Shown here: positions 51,465-64,000 of the stretch, piece after piece
Layout: every line of letters starts with the position of its first letter
Position numbering within the stretch: position 1 is the first letter of the stretch
Assembly: GCF_009914755.1 (NCBI RefSeq)
Contig: NC_060940.1
DNA length: 64,000 nucleotides
Direction: 5' to 3' (one strand)
From: the human T2T-CHM13v2.0 reference genome, Homo sapiens
The notes under the pieces: generated by a model
Database searches by the model: none
What the model was told of the DNA's origin: nothing
The model's input: the letters and a program-made list of their open reading frames with translations, nothing else
Position numbers and translations under genes: made by a program

Positions 51465-52573
51465 CCACACACGCTGCATGGGACATGCACATGAGCACCA
51501 CACACCACACACAAGTACACACATATCACACACACACACCACACACAAGGGCACACACACCAGGCACCACACACACCACACCCAAGTGCACACACCAGGC
51601 ACAATACACACACCACACAAGTACGCACACCCGGCACAATACACACCATACACAAGTACACACACACTCTACACAATACACACCAACACAAGTGCATACA
51701 CACCAGGCACACACCACACCCAAGTGCACACACACCAAGCACAATACACACACCACACAAGTACACACACACACCCAGCACAATACACACCAACACAAGT
51801 GCACACACAGCAGGCACAATACACACTGCACCCAAGTGCACACACACCAAGCACAATACACACACCACACAAGTACACATCCAGCACAATACACACCACA
51901 CACAAGTGCACACATGCCCAGCACAATACACACCAACACAAGTGCACACACACCAGGCACATTACACACATCACAAATGCACACACACGAGGCACCATAC
52001 ACACCACACACAAGTGCACACACACCATGCACAATACACACCACACACAAGTGCACACACACCAGGCACAATACACACCACTCACAAATGCACATGTACA
52101 CCCTACACAGACCACACATCACATACTACACACACACCACACTACACACAAACACACACTGCACAATACACACCACACACTATACACACCTTACACCCCA
52201 CACACGCAAGTGCACACACATGACACTACACACAAATACGTGCTGCACAGTACATACCACACACTACACACACCACACATACACATTACATACTAACATG
52301 CACTGCACACTACACACCACACACCACACACCATACACTAAACACACACCACACACCACACACACTTCACACACTAGACACAAATATGCACCATGCACAA
52401 TACACACCACACACTTGCACACACATCACACACAATACACACTACACACCACATACCACACAACACACGAGACACAAATACACACCATGAGCGATACATA
52501 CCACACAATACACACCACAAGCACATGCAGCACGCACAGCGTACAGACCATGTGCACCCACATCACACACAGA
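51465..52573. repeat. Long complex CA-rich tract with recurring GCACAATACACACCACACAAGTGCACACAC submotif
   Basis: Seen directly in the sequence. Confidence 0.95.
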
Positions 52574-53114
52574 CACCCCCAGCTTCTGCCACGGCCCAGC
52601 CCGGCAGGCACGAGAAGGGCAGTTCCTCCCGCCCCCCTTGGGGCGGAGGGTGCAATCATGGAGCTGCTTTAGTAACCGAAGGTCAAACACTGTCCACGTT
52701 TAAACACAAGGCAGCCACAGCAGCTGCTCCAGGCGGATCTCCAAAGGTGTCACAGTGAGCAGCCTCCCACAGCACTGCCCTCCTGTCCCAAGGGCCCTGC
52801 CCCCCCGTCCGCTCCCCTCCCCTTGGCATGATCCACGCAGGGACCTGGATGGTGCCCACACAGGCTCCAGCACAAGCGCCACATCCCGGCACAAGGCCAT
52901 GGGCACCTCCCGGCGCACCCACCTCCCTTGGCCAGAATCGCCTCGGGGAGGGCAGGGAAGCCCCACCACCAGCTCTCGCCTGGGCTGGGCCACTCACCAG
53001 CACATGACCAGGCAGGTCGCCTCCCTCTCAGAGCCTCAGTTTCCCCTCCGGAAGATGGCCAGGACCTGAATTAACAGGGGAGGCAGACCAGCCTGGACTC
53101 ACGCTTAGCCTCCC

Positions 53115-53545
53115 TGTGGTGGGCGGAATAAGATCATGATTCCGGAACCTCACGTGGTGAAAGGGGGACGTTCAGGACGCTGAGATGGGAGAAGATCCCA
53201 GGGCTCCTGATGTCATCACCAAGCTCCTCAATGCTGAGCCAACCTCCCTCTTGGCCAGAAGTAGATGTTGATTATGGCAGCAGAGGTTAGAGACACGCGC
53301 TGCGGGCTCTGAAGGCAGAGGACCCTGAGCCCAGCAATGCAGGCCTCTAGAATTTGGAAAAGGCAAGAAACAGATTCTCCCCAAGAGAAAAGATTCTCCC
53401 CTGGAGCTTCCGGAAGGACCCAGCCCCGCCAACACCCTGATGTTCGTGGAAGCAGTGAGAGTGATTTTGGACCCTGACTTCCAGAACTGTGGAGGAATAA
53501 ATGTGTGTTCCAAGCCTCCAAGTGTGTGTGGCCTGTTGCAGCAGC
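53115..53545 (+). mobile_element. MLT1D/E LTR
   Basis: GGAAAAGGCAAGAAACAGATTCTCCC; TTTTGGACCCTGACTTCCAGAACTGT..GAATAAATGTGTGTT. Confidence 0.8.
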
Positions 53546-54499
53546 AAGGCGACCTGCCACGCTCCCCCGGCGTGGCCATGTGACCCTGGACACCTGCTGT
53601 GACCTTGCTGGGCCTGTTTCCTGGTCTTCAGCATGTCGGGGTCAGTCACTCCAGGTGCTCAGGAAAGGGTGATAGGTGACAGGCAGTGTGGCCTGTCCCT
53701 GACCTCGGCACACACCCGGCCCTCGGTGGCGTAGCCAAAGGCTGGACGGCTGCCCCCTCCCACTGCTGGTCCCGGGTGCCCAGCTGCGGGTCACTGGGCT
53801 GTGTGGGTCTCCGTTTCCCCAGCCATACAATGAGGACGTTAAATGCTGGGAGTTTCTGAGACCTTCTTCTGCCCCACAGGCCTCTGTGCAGGCCTCCATC
53901 ACCCCAGCCATGGGATGAGGACGTTAAATTCAGGGGATCTGAGACCTTCCTCAGCCCCACAGGCCTCACATGGCACCGCCCTGGGCCTGTGGGATTGTTG
54001 TCTGACAAAACCAAAATCAAAGCACAGGTCCCAGAAAGGCCCTGACCCCTCAGGAGCAAGAGCATCCCAGGCTCCCCAGGCGGCCTGTGATGTCCCCGTG
54101 TCCTCCGCGAAAGGACAAAGGGGCCGCCGACGCTCCAATGACACTGACCAAGTCCCGTGCTGTGGCGGCCGCCCTGGGCTGTGGATCTGAGGTCCAGACG
54201 GCCCTCTGTGGAGGCCCCCACCCCCGCCGCCGGCAGCAGGCCCCAGCCGGAGCTCCTCCCCCACCAGCAGAGTGCAGGGGGTTGTGCGGGGCTCCAGGGT
54301 TTGAGGCCGGGCCACGCTTTGCCACCACCCACCACCCTCTCCCCACCCTTGCTTGTCTCCACTGGGAAATGACAAGTGGTGCCGTGCTCGCTCCAGCATC
54401 TCATTTGATGTCTATAGTGGGTTTCGAAACTGGGTCACCTGGCTGGTGGAGAAACACAACGTGTCCCACGTGAGGAAGGGAGGCCCCTCCGCCCCGAGG

Positions 54500-54840
54500 A
54501 GAAATATGATGGTGACGCTCACCACGACACAGAGAAACCTGCAGGTGGTGCAGCCACAACAGGCCACACATGGTGGGATTCCGTTTCTAGGGAACACCCG
54601 GAACAGGCACACACAGAAAGCGGGTCCATGGGTGCGAGAGGCTGGGGGCGGGGGATGGAGAGTGACTACCCAGAGGAACAGGTTTCCTTCTAGGGTTAGG
54701 AAAAAGCTCCAAAACCAGCGAGAGGGGACGGGTGCACAATGCCATGGACAACTCACTGCCACCAAACTGCCACCGAACTGTGCCCTTTCAGATGGTGGCA
54801 GCGGTGAATTTTAGGAGTATGTATTTTGTCGCAGTAAAGA
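54500..54840 (+). mobile_element. L1M 3' UTR fragment (GC-drifted)
   Basis: CCACACATGGTGGGATTCCGTTT; CAGGTTTCCTTCTAGGG; GGTGAATTTTAGGAGTATGTATTTT. Confidence 0.55.
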
Positions 54841-56159
54841 AGCTTCATGCCAACCCAGAGGAATGACAAATTTGCCTGGCGTCCTCGTGACTCATCTGAG
54901 AGAATTTCACTTATGAAACCAATAACAGAGCCAGGGCCTTTTGGAGGGTGCTGCAGGTGCACAGAGGGAGGGGTTGCCTGTGTGGAGGCTGAGCATGGTG
55001 CTGACGGGCACGGAAGGGCACACCGGGCACCATGGCTCAGCACCAGGCCACTGGGCTGCCAGGCAGGTTCCTGAAGCCCTCAGGCCTGTGTCCTTGTCTG
55101 TACAACCACAACAGGCATGGGGCCAACTTCCCAGAACTGGTAGACGGGGCCGATGGTGGGCACTTTGGTACCAAACCTGCCGTGGGAATGAGCCCTTCCC
55201 CTCCCTGGCTGGTAGCAGCCGTGGGGACGTGGCGTGGAAGATTTCGAGGCTACAGCCCCAAGGGTCTTCTCTCCCCTCTTCTCCCTCCCTAGGCAGGTCC
55301 ACATCACAGGGAGATGTGGGCATATGGCTGCCCCGGCCTCACAGCTCTGATGGCTGACCCCGTCCTGCTGCATGGGCCTGACCCCTGGGCACTGCCCCAG
55401 AGCCCACCGAGTGAGACGGCTCCTCCTGGGTCCCCTCCGTTGGAGAGGCCTGGGAGGTGGGGGCAGAGAGCCAGGCCCAGCCTGGGGTGGGAGGCCAGCC
55501 AGAGAGATGTGGTTCTCAGGCCCAGCAAGTTGGGGGCGCCCAGGCAGGCCCCGGTGAGACTGCAGGGTCTGGGCAGGGAGAGACCAGGCTCAGGCTCAGG
55601 GTGGTGCCAAGCAGGAGGGAAACCCTTAGGTGGGCTGACATCCCAGGGTGGGATGGTCCAGAGAATGCTGGTCGCCTAACAGTCCTGCGGACAGTGCACC
55701 TCCGAGGCCGTAAGTCTCACTGCAGAGAGAGCGCTCCCAGGTCCAGCCCTCTCACTCGAGACGTCACAATACGCTCCCAATAATGCGGCTGGAGGGACCC
55801 TGGCTCTTTAAAACGTGAGTCTGCCATGTCTTCCTCCACGCAGGAACCACCGATGGCTTCTGCCCTCCCACTCAGAGGGCGGGACAGTGTCACTACTCCC
55901 ATGCCAATGACAAGAGGCCTGTGACCCGGCGCCCACCTCCGCTTGGGGCTCAGTCCCACCCAGCTTCCCCAGCCCCACACCCTGGCCCCCTTCACGCTGT
56001 ACAGAGCCACCAGCGGCTTCCTGCCCCAGGGCCTTTGCGCACAACGCCCTCCGCCAGCCTCTCGCGGCTCACTGCTGCCTGCCCAGAGAGGCTCTCGGAG
56101 CCCATTGGGTGCCTTAGGCCTTCCCTGCTCGGTGTTGCTTCAGAGCATGCGCGCGTGTC

Positions 56160-56470
56160 GTGGTGAACGGTGGCTCCCAACAACTCAGTCCACACGAATC
56201 CTCAGAATGTGACCTCTCTGGAAACAGGGGCCTTGCAGGTGTAATTTGCTATGGATTGAAATGAGGTCATACACAGATGCAGGGAAGATGAGCCCAGGAT
56301 GACGGAGGCAGAGATTCTGGGGATGCGGCCACTCGCTGAGGACCGCCTGGGGCCTCCGGCAGCTGGAAGGACCAGGAAGGAAGCTCTCCTGGAGCTTCCG
56401 GAGGGAGCATGACCCTCCCCTCCCTGCTGTTGGCCTCTAGGCAGCGGGAAGGTAAAGCCTGTCGTCTCAG
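56160..56470 (+). mobile_element. MLT1C-like LTR fragment
   Basis: CCTCAGAATGTGACC..TGGAAACAGGGGCCTTGCAGGTGTAAT...GAAATGAGGTCATAC. Confidence 0.7.
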
Positions 56471-58966
56471 CCCCTCCTCACATCCGCCGTGAGGGGTGAA
56501 TGCACCCCTGCCTGCTTCATATCTACCTGCTCGTGGCTGCCCCAGCTGGAATGTAAGGACACAGGGCCAGGGACCGTGTTGCCAGGCTGTGGCTGCAACC
56601 TCAGCACTGGGGACAGTTTCACAAACAGTGGGTACTCAGTGAATGCCTGTGGACTCAGTGGCTAGGTGACAGCTCCCTGTGACACAGCCTCCTTGCAACC
56701 CAAGGGGTTCCCTTCTACGGGCAGAAAGTCTGCCGCAGGAGCCGCCAGCATTTGAATCCGGGTCTGTAGCTCCCCAGGGGGACCAGGGAGAAGCAAGGGA
56801 TGGTGCCTGGCATCCTGGGGCCGGCTGCCTGCCAGCCCAGTGCCAGGTTCGGGGTAGGAGGGCTTCTGGCAGCCAGGTCCTCGGCTCCCTGGATATTCTC
56901 TGGAACCCGGGACGCAGGCGGCGGGAGTGGAGAGGGCTGTCTGCAGAGTGGTTACCAGCTCGTGCTCCAGAATTAGGTGCAGCTGGGGTCAAGTCTGTGT
57001 TTGGCCACTTACTAGTCCTGTGACCTGGGGTGAGCCACAGGAGCCGACCGCACCCCGGTTTCCCAGCCTGTCCAGTAGGGATAGCGGGACCAAGTCGGAG
57101 CAGTGACTTAAGGATGAAATAAGAGGGTGCGTGCGAAGGCGCTTCTCACCGCGCCCGGCCCCCCAGCTCAAATGGAATCGAGGCTGCTGTTAGGGTGCGC
57201 TCATGTGTCTAAACGCTCTTTGAATTTAATTTCCATTCTCCGCCCAAGCAGTCTCCCAAGCGGACCAGGCTCCCAAGGCTCCCAAGCCTCCTGGCTGCAG
57301 GTAAACAGGGCTTCCTTTTACTCACCCTAGACCCACCTTGGTCAGCTTCAAAAGGGGCCTCTCAGCCCTGAGGCTCCAGGGTCTGAAGGGCAGCTGAGAT
57401 CAGAGCAGGGTGCTGCAAGGGAGGCCTGAGGAGTCGAGTCGAGTCCAGGGTCTCCAGTGGGGGCAGGGGGCTGAGAAGAGACTTGTGCTTATCCAGCCCA
57501 GCTCGTCTCTAGGCCCTTGTCCCCGCTAGGGGAAGAGCACAGCACTGTCCCACCTGATACTCAGGGAACGTGGGCTCGCGGCCCTGTCTCCCACAGACCT
57601 CGGGCCTGGGGAGGGTGGGCAGGGGGCGCAGAACACTGGGCAGAACACTGGGCACCTGCCCAGCTGCAGACACTCAGCTCCGCCAGCCTCGGCCTCTCAA
57701 CTCTACAACGAGACTATCACGCCCCCTCCCAGAGTCCACTGTGCAGACAGCTGAACACCCATGGCTGGAGGTGCTTAAAGGCTGGGCTATTTTCTCATCC
57801 TAATCCCAGCAGCATGACCTCAAACAGTCCCCTAACCTTCTTGGGCCTCGGTTTCTGCTGCTACAAAACAAAGAAGCTAAACTGGGAGCCCCTGAAAGTG
57901 GCCTCTGGTTCCTACCCTCCCCGTCCCGCCACCATGGCGCTCACGGACGAATCAGCTCCATGTTCATCTTCCCGCTGGACCCTTACCTGGCCTGAAGGAT
58001 GGGGAGAAACGTGAGCGTGGCGTCGGTGACCCGGGCTCCCGCACCCTGCAGCAGCTGCTGCCGATCCTGGGGGTGGGTGAGGAGTCCAGGCCAGGCCCTC
58101 AGATCTCAGTGCTGGTGGTCAGATCGGCCTGGCTGTGAGTCCACAGGCAGCAGTCTGCTCTGTGAGTGGACAGGTGTTTCCAGGACCCGCAGGAAGCCCA
58201 GGCACCCTGACAGGCCTATCATCCAGGGGCTGGGAGTCTTGCAGGGAGAGTCCTCTGGGCCACATACTCAGACCCAGCATGGCGACAGCTCTGCAGAACT
58301 GTGAGCGGGGCCGGGGGACACTCAGGAGGCAGGATGGACCTGGACCCGAAAGAGGTGTGGGACTCCCAGGGGAGGACCAAGACCACACTTTGGGGTGCAG
58401 ACATGCCCTCGGCGGCCGCCTCTTGGGTCAGCCTCTGGGGCATGCCGTGGGGGTCCTGCACAAAGACCTACACAGAAGGGGGTTTTAAAGCCTCCGGCCT
58501 GGCAGACGTCCCATATGTGGCCACACCCCCTGAGGCCCTCTGAGGAGGAGAGGACCCTAGAAGCTGGCACCACCAGCCTTCATCATCACTTTCAAAGGTC
58601 AGCAAATCAGACCGCACGCCCCGCCCTCTGCCACACCACTTCAGATCTATGTGTGTACCCCAAAATCACACCCGTACCCTCCATCCCTCGTGCCCCTCCC
58701 ACACCACTGGTGGGGGCCTCCTCGGCTCTGGGCACAGAGAGTTCAATGTGGGAGCCGTGGGTCTAAGGTTGGAGATCAAAGGGGAGTGGTCAGGGTCCAA
58801 GGTCCATGATCGAATCTCAGTCCTGCCACTGCCCAGCTGTGAGCCGCCTGGTTTCAGTCTTGAAGCCCTAGCGGGCTTCTTGGGAAACCTCTGCCCCAGT
58901 ACACAGGGAGGGGGCAGGGCTCCATGCAGGAGCCCCTGGGGAGGCCTGTGTTTTAGTATAAACAAA

Positions 58967-59095
58967 TGTGTGTGTCACTGTGTGTTGACGTGTGCCTGTG
59001 TGTGTGTGTACACATGCCTGTGTGTGTGTGTACATGTGCCTGTGTGTGTATTGCCGTGTGCCTGTGTGTGTTGACGTGTGCCTGTGTGCGTGTGG
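58967..59095. repeat. Complex (TG)n tract
   Basis: Seen directly in the sequence. Confidence 0.9.
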
Positions 59096-61226
59096 GCATA
59101 CACCTATCATCACTGTTAACATCATCACCATCTGCCAGCTCCCAGCAGACTGGGCTCAGAAGGTCCTCCAAGGCCATGTCAGTGGAGAGGCCAGATACAT
59201 GAACAAGGCACCACGGAGAAAACCTCCAGCCAGGGTTTCCGTCGTTCCGTGACCTTGACGCAGCCCCATGTGCAGAGGGGTCAGTCCTGGCACAGCCTGT
59301 GGACTCACCTATCTCTGCTGTTGGCCTGGAAGCTCCCCGGGGCAGGAGCCGCATCAGTTCCTGGAGATGGGGCAAGAGGCACCAGGCCAGGGTCCGCAGA
59401 CTCTTGCTGAATCCCGGCTCTCCTGTTAGCTGTGCAGGGTTAGGCAGTAACAGAGAACCTTCTGGAAGCTTGGCTTGCCCTGCTGTGACACGGAGGTGCA
59501 GCTGTGGTGGCACATGGTGGGTGCCCAGGCAATGCTTGTGGGGGAGCTGCAGGGTGCCCGGCCAGCCCCGGTTACGGGTCCCCTCCCAGCCCTTGGTGGT
59601 CCCCAGTTGTACCCTCTGACCCGGGCCGGGCTGGCCCTTGGCTGGAGGGGTTGGAGGTTGGTGGTCTCCCTGGCAGCAGGGGCAGAACAGTGCTCCTTCT
59701 GGGACGATGACAGAGCCCTGGACCCGGGTTTGAATCCCACTCCCCACTTACTGTCCCTTCAAGCCACACTCATGACCTCAGTTTCTCAACCTGTACAATG
59801 GGATGACAACCTCTCTGCAGAGGTGGTGGGGACCAGCTGTCACTGCAGCGTGGTGCCACCTCTCCACGGGTCTAGACACTGCCCCTAGCCACCTGCAGAT
59901 ATCCAGTCCTCGACTGCGTTGACCCCCAGACCCTGGATGAAGACTTCCTAATGGACATGGGAAGTGTAGGTTCGAGTCTCATCCCGGCCCTGATCCTGGG
60001 AGGCCACTCCCCCTCCCTGGGCCTCGGTGGCATCAGCCAGGAAGTAGCAGGTGGACCCCAAGGCCTCTTTCCGAGCCAGCATCTCAGTACACTGGGTGCT
60101 AGCAGGCAGGCGGGGGCCTGGGCAGGGAGGCGATGGCTGAGACAGAGGGGAAGAGGGGGGGCCCGGGCTTGGTTTGAGTTAGCTGTGACTGAGCTCCGAA
60201 GCACGCCAAGTCTGTTTTGAGGCAGCGCAGTTATTTCATTTCCCATCGCATTTATGGGAGATCATGATTCAATTAGTCCTTTTGTTGCCCATGCAATGCA
60301 AAAATGTGCAGCATGCGCTCACTGCCTCCCAAACTGTGGTTGTTATTAAGCGAGTGACTCAGGCCGCCAGGTGTAGACAAGGGAGGCCGGAGGGAGCCGG
60401 TGGCAGGGCCTGTTGGGAGGACGGAGCGGAAACAAGAAGCGCCTCTTCTGCAGGCGCCTTCCACACCCGCAGTACAGATGCCTGGGATGGCATTTGGCCC
60501 GAAATGTCCACTTGTCCTGGGAAGAAACTGAGGCACAGAGAGAGGGAGTGAGTGGTCACATGGACACGCGGGGGGCTGGGCCAGATGGCCTCAAGATCCA
60601 GCCTCCTTTCAGGGCAAGCTTCGCTTCAGTGTGGGCTGCTTGAGGTCCCACCTCCCCCAGGCCCCCAGCCGGCTTGCACTGCAGCGTGGGCGTCAGGCCT
60701 CAGGAAGAACAGAGGCGGGCATTGTGAGGAAGCCCAGCTAAGCAAACAGACTCAGCTCGGACCCCCAGCGCCCAGGGGCTCGGACCTCAGACCCCCACCA
60801 CGGCCCCGCAGCTGGAAGGTCCACACCCGGGGGAGGGGGGCTGGTCTTCCCACCCGGCCTCCAGGGACCGTGTTGGGCAGAGTGTCATGATGCGAGACCT
60901 CTGGGGCTGGGTGCATTTCCTGTATTGCAGGATCATTTATGTACAGAAAACCACACAACTCGAATGTCTGTAAAATGAACCTGCCCACCCATGTACCAAC
61001 CACCCAGATCCGAACATTCCGGGATCCAGGAATCCTCCCTAGAGGCAGCCACCAGCCTGCCACTCCCACCCAGGCCAGGCCCTGATGCTGAATTTTATTT
61101 CCATCAGTGACATGGAGGAGGCTCTTTTGTGTCTGCCTCTCTTGCAGAGAACGCCAGGTCTCTGAGAGTCACCCCATCCTGGGGTGCGTAGCATTCCTCT
61201 GTGTGAAGGCACCACTTTTGTTTTAA

Positions 61227-61412
<186 letters not shown>

Positions 61413-61664
61413 GCCTCACCTTTTCTTGTCCTTTCTGCCCTTGGTGGACACCTGGGATGCTTCCAGTCTCAGGCTCTTCTAACTTGCAGGCTGTGGGCTT
61501 CCTTGGACAGCTCTTGGGAGCATAAGTGTTCACTCACTTCTACGGGGACTCCCCCTAGAAGTAGAATCACCGAGTCGTTGGCTGTGCAGACGCTCTGCCC
61601 CAAAGATGCTGTCACACAGCTATTCAGAGGATCTGTGGCAAGTTACGCCCCCACCAGCAGCACG

Positions 61665-61970
61665 TGAGTGTCCTGGGGGCTCGGTATCCTGCCTGCATTT
61701 GCTATTGTCTGCTTCAGAGAGTCCCGGGGGCTCGGTACCCTGCATGCATTTGCTATGGTCTGCTTCTGAGCGTCCCGGGGGCTCGGTACCCTGCCCGCAT
61801 TTGCTATTGTCTGCTTCTGAGTGTCCCGGGGGCTCGGTATCCTGCCCGCATTTGCTATTGTCTGCTTCTGAGCGTCCCGGGGGCTTGGTATCCTGCACGC
61901 ATTTGCTATTGTCTGCTTCTGAGTGTCCCGCGGGCTCGGTATCCTGCCCACATTTGCTATTGTCTGCTTT
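61665..61970. repeat. Minisatellite, 51 bp unit (GAGTGTCCCGGGGGCTCGGTATCCTGCCCGCATTTGCTATTGTCTGCTTCT), 6 copies
   Basis: Direct periodicity; 17-aa repeat in the ORF track. Confidence 0.95.
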
Positions 61971-62540
61971 TGTGCTCTGTTTCCCTGTGTTTTCATTTGA
62001 GTCATTTGGTTTGTGTGGGAAGGAGTTTTGATTTACATTTCACTGCTGCCTAAAGACGTTGCGAACTTTCTTAAACATCGTTGGCTATCGGGATAGCCTT
62101 TTTTTGTGAAGTGTCTGCTCGAGTTTCAGTCCACTTATCTAAGATCATCTCTGTCTTTTTTGTATTGATTTTAGAAGTATTGAAAAATACTTTCTGGATA
62201 CCAGTCTTTTGTTGGAAGAAAAATAAAAGCATTGCAAATATATTCTTTTACTCTGGGGCTTACATTATTTCTTCTTTCTTCCCCCAACATTGGATCTGAA
62301 AATCAAATATCTAGAAAGCTCGAAAGAATTCTACAGTGATGATCCATATACCTGCCACCTGGATTGTAGAATTAACATTGAATAGACCTTATCATGTCTC
62401 TGTCCATCTTTCTATCTATCAGTTCATCTTATTTTTTGATGCATTTCAAAGTAAGTTGCAGACATTAATACACATTGCTCAAAATACTTCAACATGTACA
62501 TCATTAACAGAGAGGTCAATATTTGTATATTGGTTCTTGA

Positions 62541-62847
62541 TTTTTTAATTTTTTTTGTATTTTTAGTAGAGATGGGGTTTCATCATGTTGGCCAGGCTGG
62601 TCTCAAACTCCTGACTGCAGATGCACCCACCTCGGCCTCCCAAAGTGCTGGGATTACAGGCATGAGAAACCACACCCGGCTGGGATTACAGGTGCACACC
62701 ATCACGCCCAACTAATTTTGTATTTTTAGTAGAGATGAGGTTTCTCCACGTTGGCCAGGCTGGTCTCAAACTCCTGACCTCAGGTGATCCACCCACCTCG
62801 GCCTCCCATAGTGCTGGGATTACAGGTGTGAGCCACCGTGCCTGGCC
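62541..62847 (-). mobile_element. Rearranged Alu: left monomer + partial right monomer + second left monomer
   Basis: GTATTTTTAGTAGAGATG...CCCA(A/T)AGTGCTGGGATTACAGG appears twice; no full right arm or tail. Confidence 0.85.
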
Positions 62848-62969
62848 TTGACTTTCTTTTCAAGTGAACTTTACATGCAACGAAATGTACAACTCGAGCG
62901 CCATTCAGTGAGGTCCAATAAATACAACCTAAAACCTGCCAACGTGCAGAAGAACATCATCTCTCCAGT

Positions 62970-63359
62970 CAGCGCCCGCATGCTCCCCCAAAGGCAGTCC
63001 ACCCCCAGACAGCGCCCGCATGCTCCCTCAAAGGCAGTCCACCCCCAGACAGCGCCTGCATGCTCCCTCAAAGGCAGTCCACCCCCAGACAGCGCCCGCA
63101 TGCTCCCTCGAAGGCAGTCCACCCCCAGACAGCGCCCGCATGCTCCCTCGAAGGCAGTCCACCCCCAGACAGCGCCCGCGTGCTCCCTCAAAGGCAGTCC
63201 ACCCCCAGACAGCGCCCGCGTGCTCCCTCAATGGCAGTCCACCCCCAGACAGCGCCCGCATGCTCCCTCAAAGGCAGTCCACCCCCAGACAGCATGCTCC
63301 CTCAAAGGCAGTCCACCCCCAGACAGTGCCCGCGTGCTCTCTCAAAGGCAGTCCACCCC
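62970..63359. repeat. Minisatellite, 40 bp unit (CAGCGCCCGCATGCTCCCTCAAAGGCAGTCCACCCCCAGA), ~10 copies
   Basis: Direct periodicity; one unit near 63291 has a short deletion. Confidence 0.97.
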
Positions 63360-63378
63360 TGCCCGACACCCCCTGTTA

Positions 63379-63879
63379 CAGTGATTCCCAACCTTTTTAG
63401 CCTCAGGGACCGGTTTCATGGAAGATAATTTTTTCATGGACAAGGGGTGAGGAGGATGGTTTTGGGATGATTCAAGCACATTACTTTTATTGTGCACATT
63501 ATTTCTATTATTATTACATTGCAATATATAGTAAGTAATTATACAACTCACCATAATGTAGAATCAGTAGGAACCCTGAGCTTGTTTTCCTGCAGCTAGG
63601 TGGTCCTATCTAGTGGTTATGGGAGACAGTGACAGATCATCAGGCATTAGATTCTCATAAGGAGCACACAACCTAGATCCCTCACATGCGCAGTTCACAA
63701 TAGGGCTCACCCTCCTGTGAGAATCTAATGCCACTGATCTGACAGGAAGTGGAGCTCAGGTGGTAATGTGAGCCATGGGGAGTGGACGTAAATACAGATG
63801 AAGCTTCCCTGGCTTACCTACTACTCATCTCCTGCTGTGTGGCCCAGTTCCTAATAGGCTTGGGGGTTGGGGACCCCTG
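63379..63879 (+). mobile_element. MER1A (hAT-Charlie) DNA transposon, near full length
   Basis: CAGTGATTCCCAACCTTTTT...GGGACCGGTTTCATGGAAG start; CAGGCATTAGATTCTCATAAGGAGC; GGTTGGGGACCCCTG end TIR. Confidence 0.9.
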
Positions 63880-63892
63880 CCCTAGAGGAAGC

Positions 63893-63965
63893 ACACACTG
63901 TATGATTCTATTTTTATATAGGAAAATCTAGAGCAGGTAAAACTAACCTATGATGGAAAAATGAA
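63893..63965 (+). mobile_element. L1ME 3' UTR fragment
   Basis: ACTGTATGATTCTATTT...AGGTAAAACTAACCTATGATG. Confidence 0.55.
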
Positions 63966-64000
63966 AACACCAAATCAGAGAAACTTCGCATTTCCCAGAA

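Overview
This window is GC-rich, non-coding primate (very likely human) genomic DNA with the look of a distal/subtelomeric intergenic or deep-intronic region. I could not name the locus and found no convincing protein-coding gene, RNA gene or CRISPR array. The ORFs in the track are explained by high GC, Alu sequence and tandem repeats. The window is a mosaic of Alu, old L1M, L2/MIR, MaLR LTRs (THE1/MST/MLT1), ERVL/ERV1 LTR pieces and DNA-transposon fossils (MER1A, MER3, MER5A, Tigger4), overlaid by about 12 minisatellites, long CA/TG and CAC/CAT tracts and several 2-3-copy duplications. The most notable signal is that many minisatellites grew out of transposon fossils and multiply transcription-factor motifs. 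At 35.3-40.4 kb there is a near-perfect 8 x 46 bp array of NRF2/BACH1/NF-E2-sMAF antioxidant response elements paired with ETS cores, a ~23 x 43 bp array of TCACGTGA/M-box plus CCAAT, and a 32-bp-phased CCAAT triplet. Together they form a candidate copy-number-tunable enhancer cluster. This function is inferred, not shown, and repeat subfamily names are recalled by eye and need RepeatMasker/Dfam confirmation.
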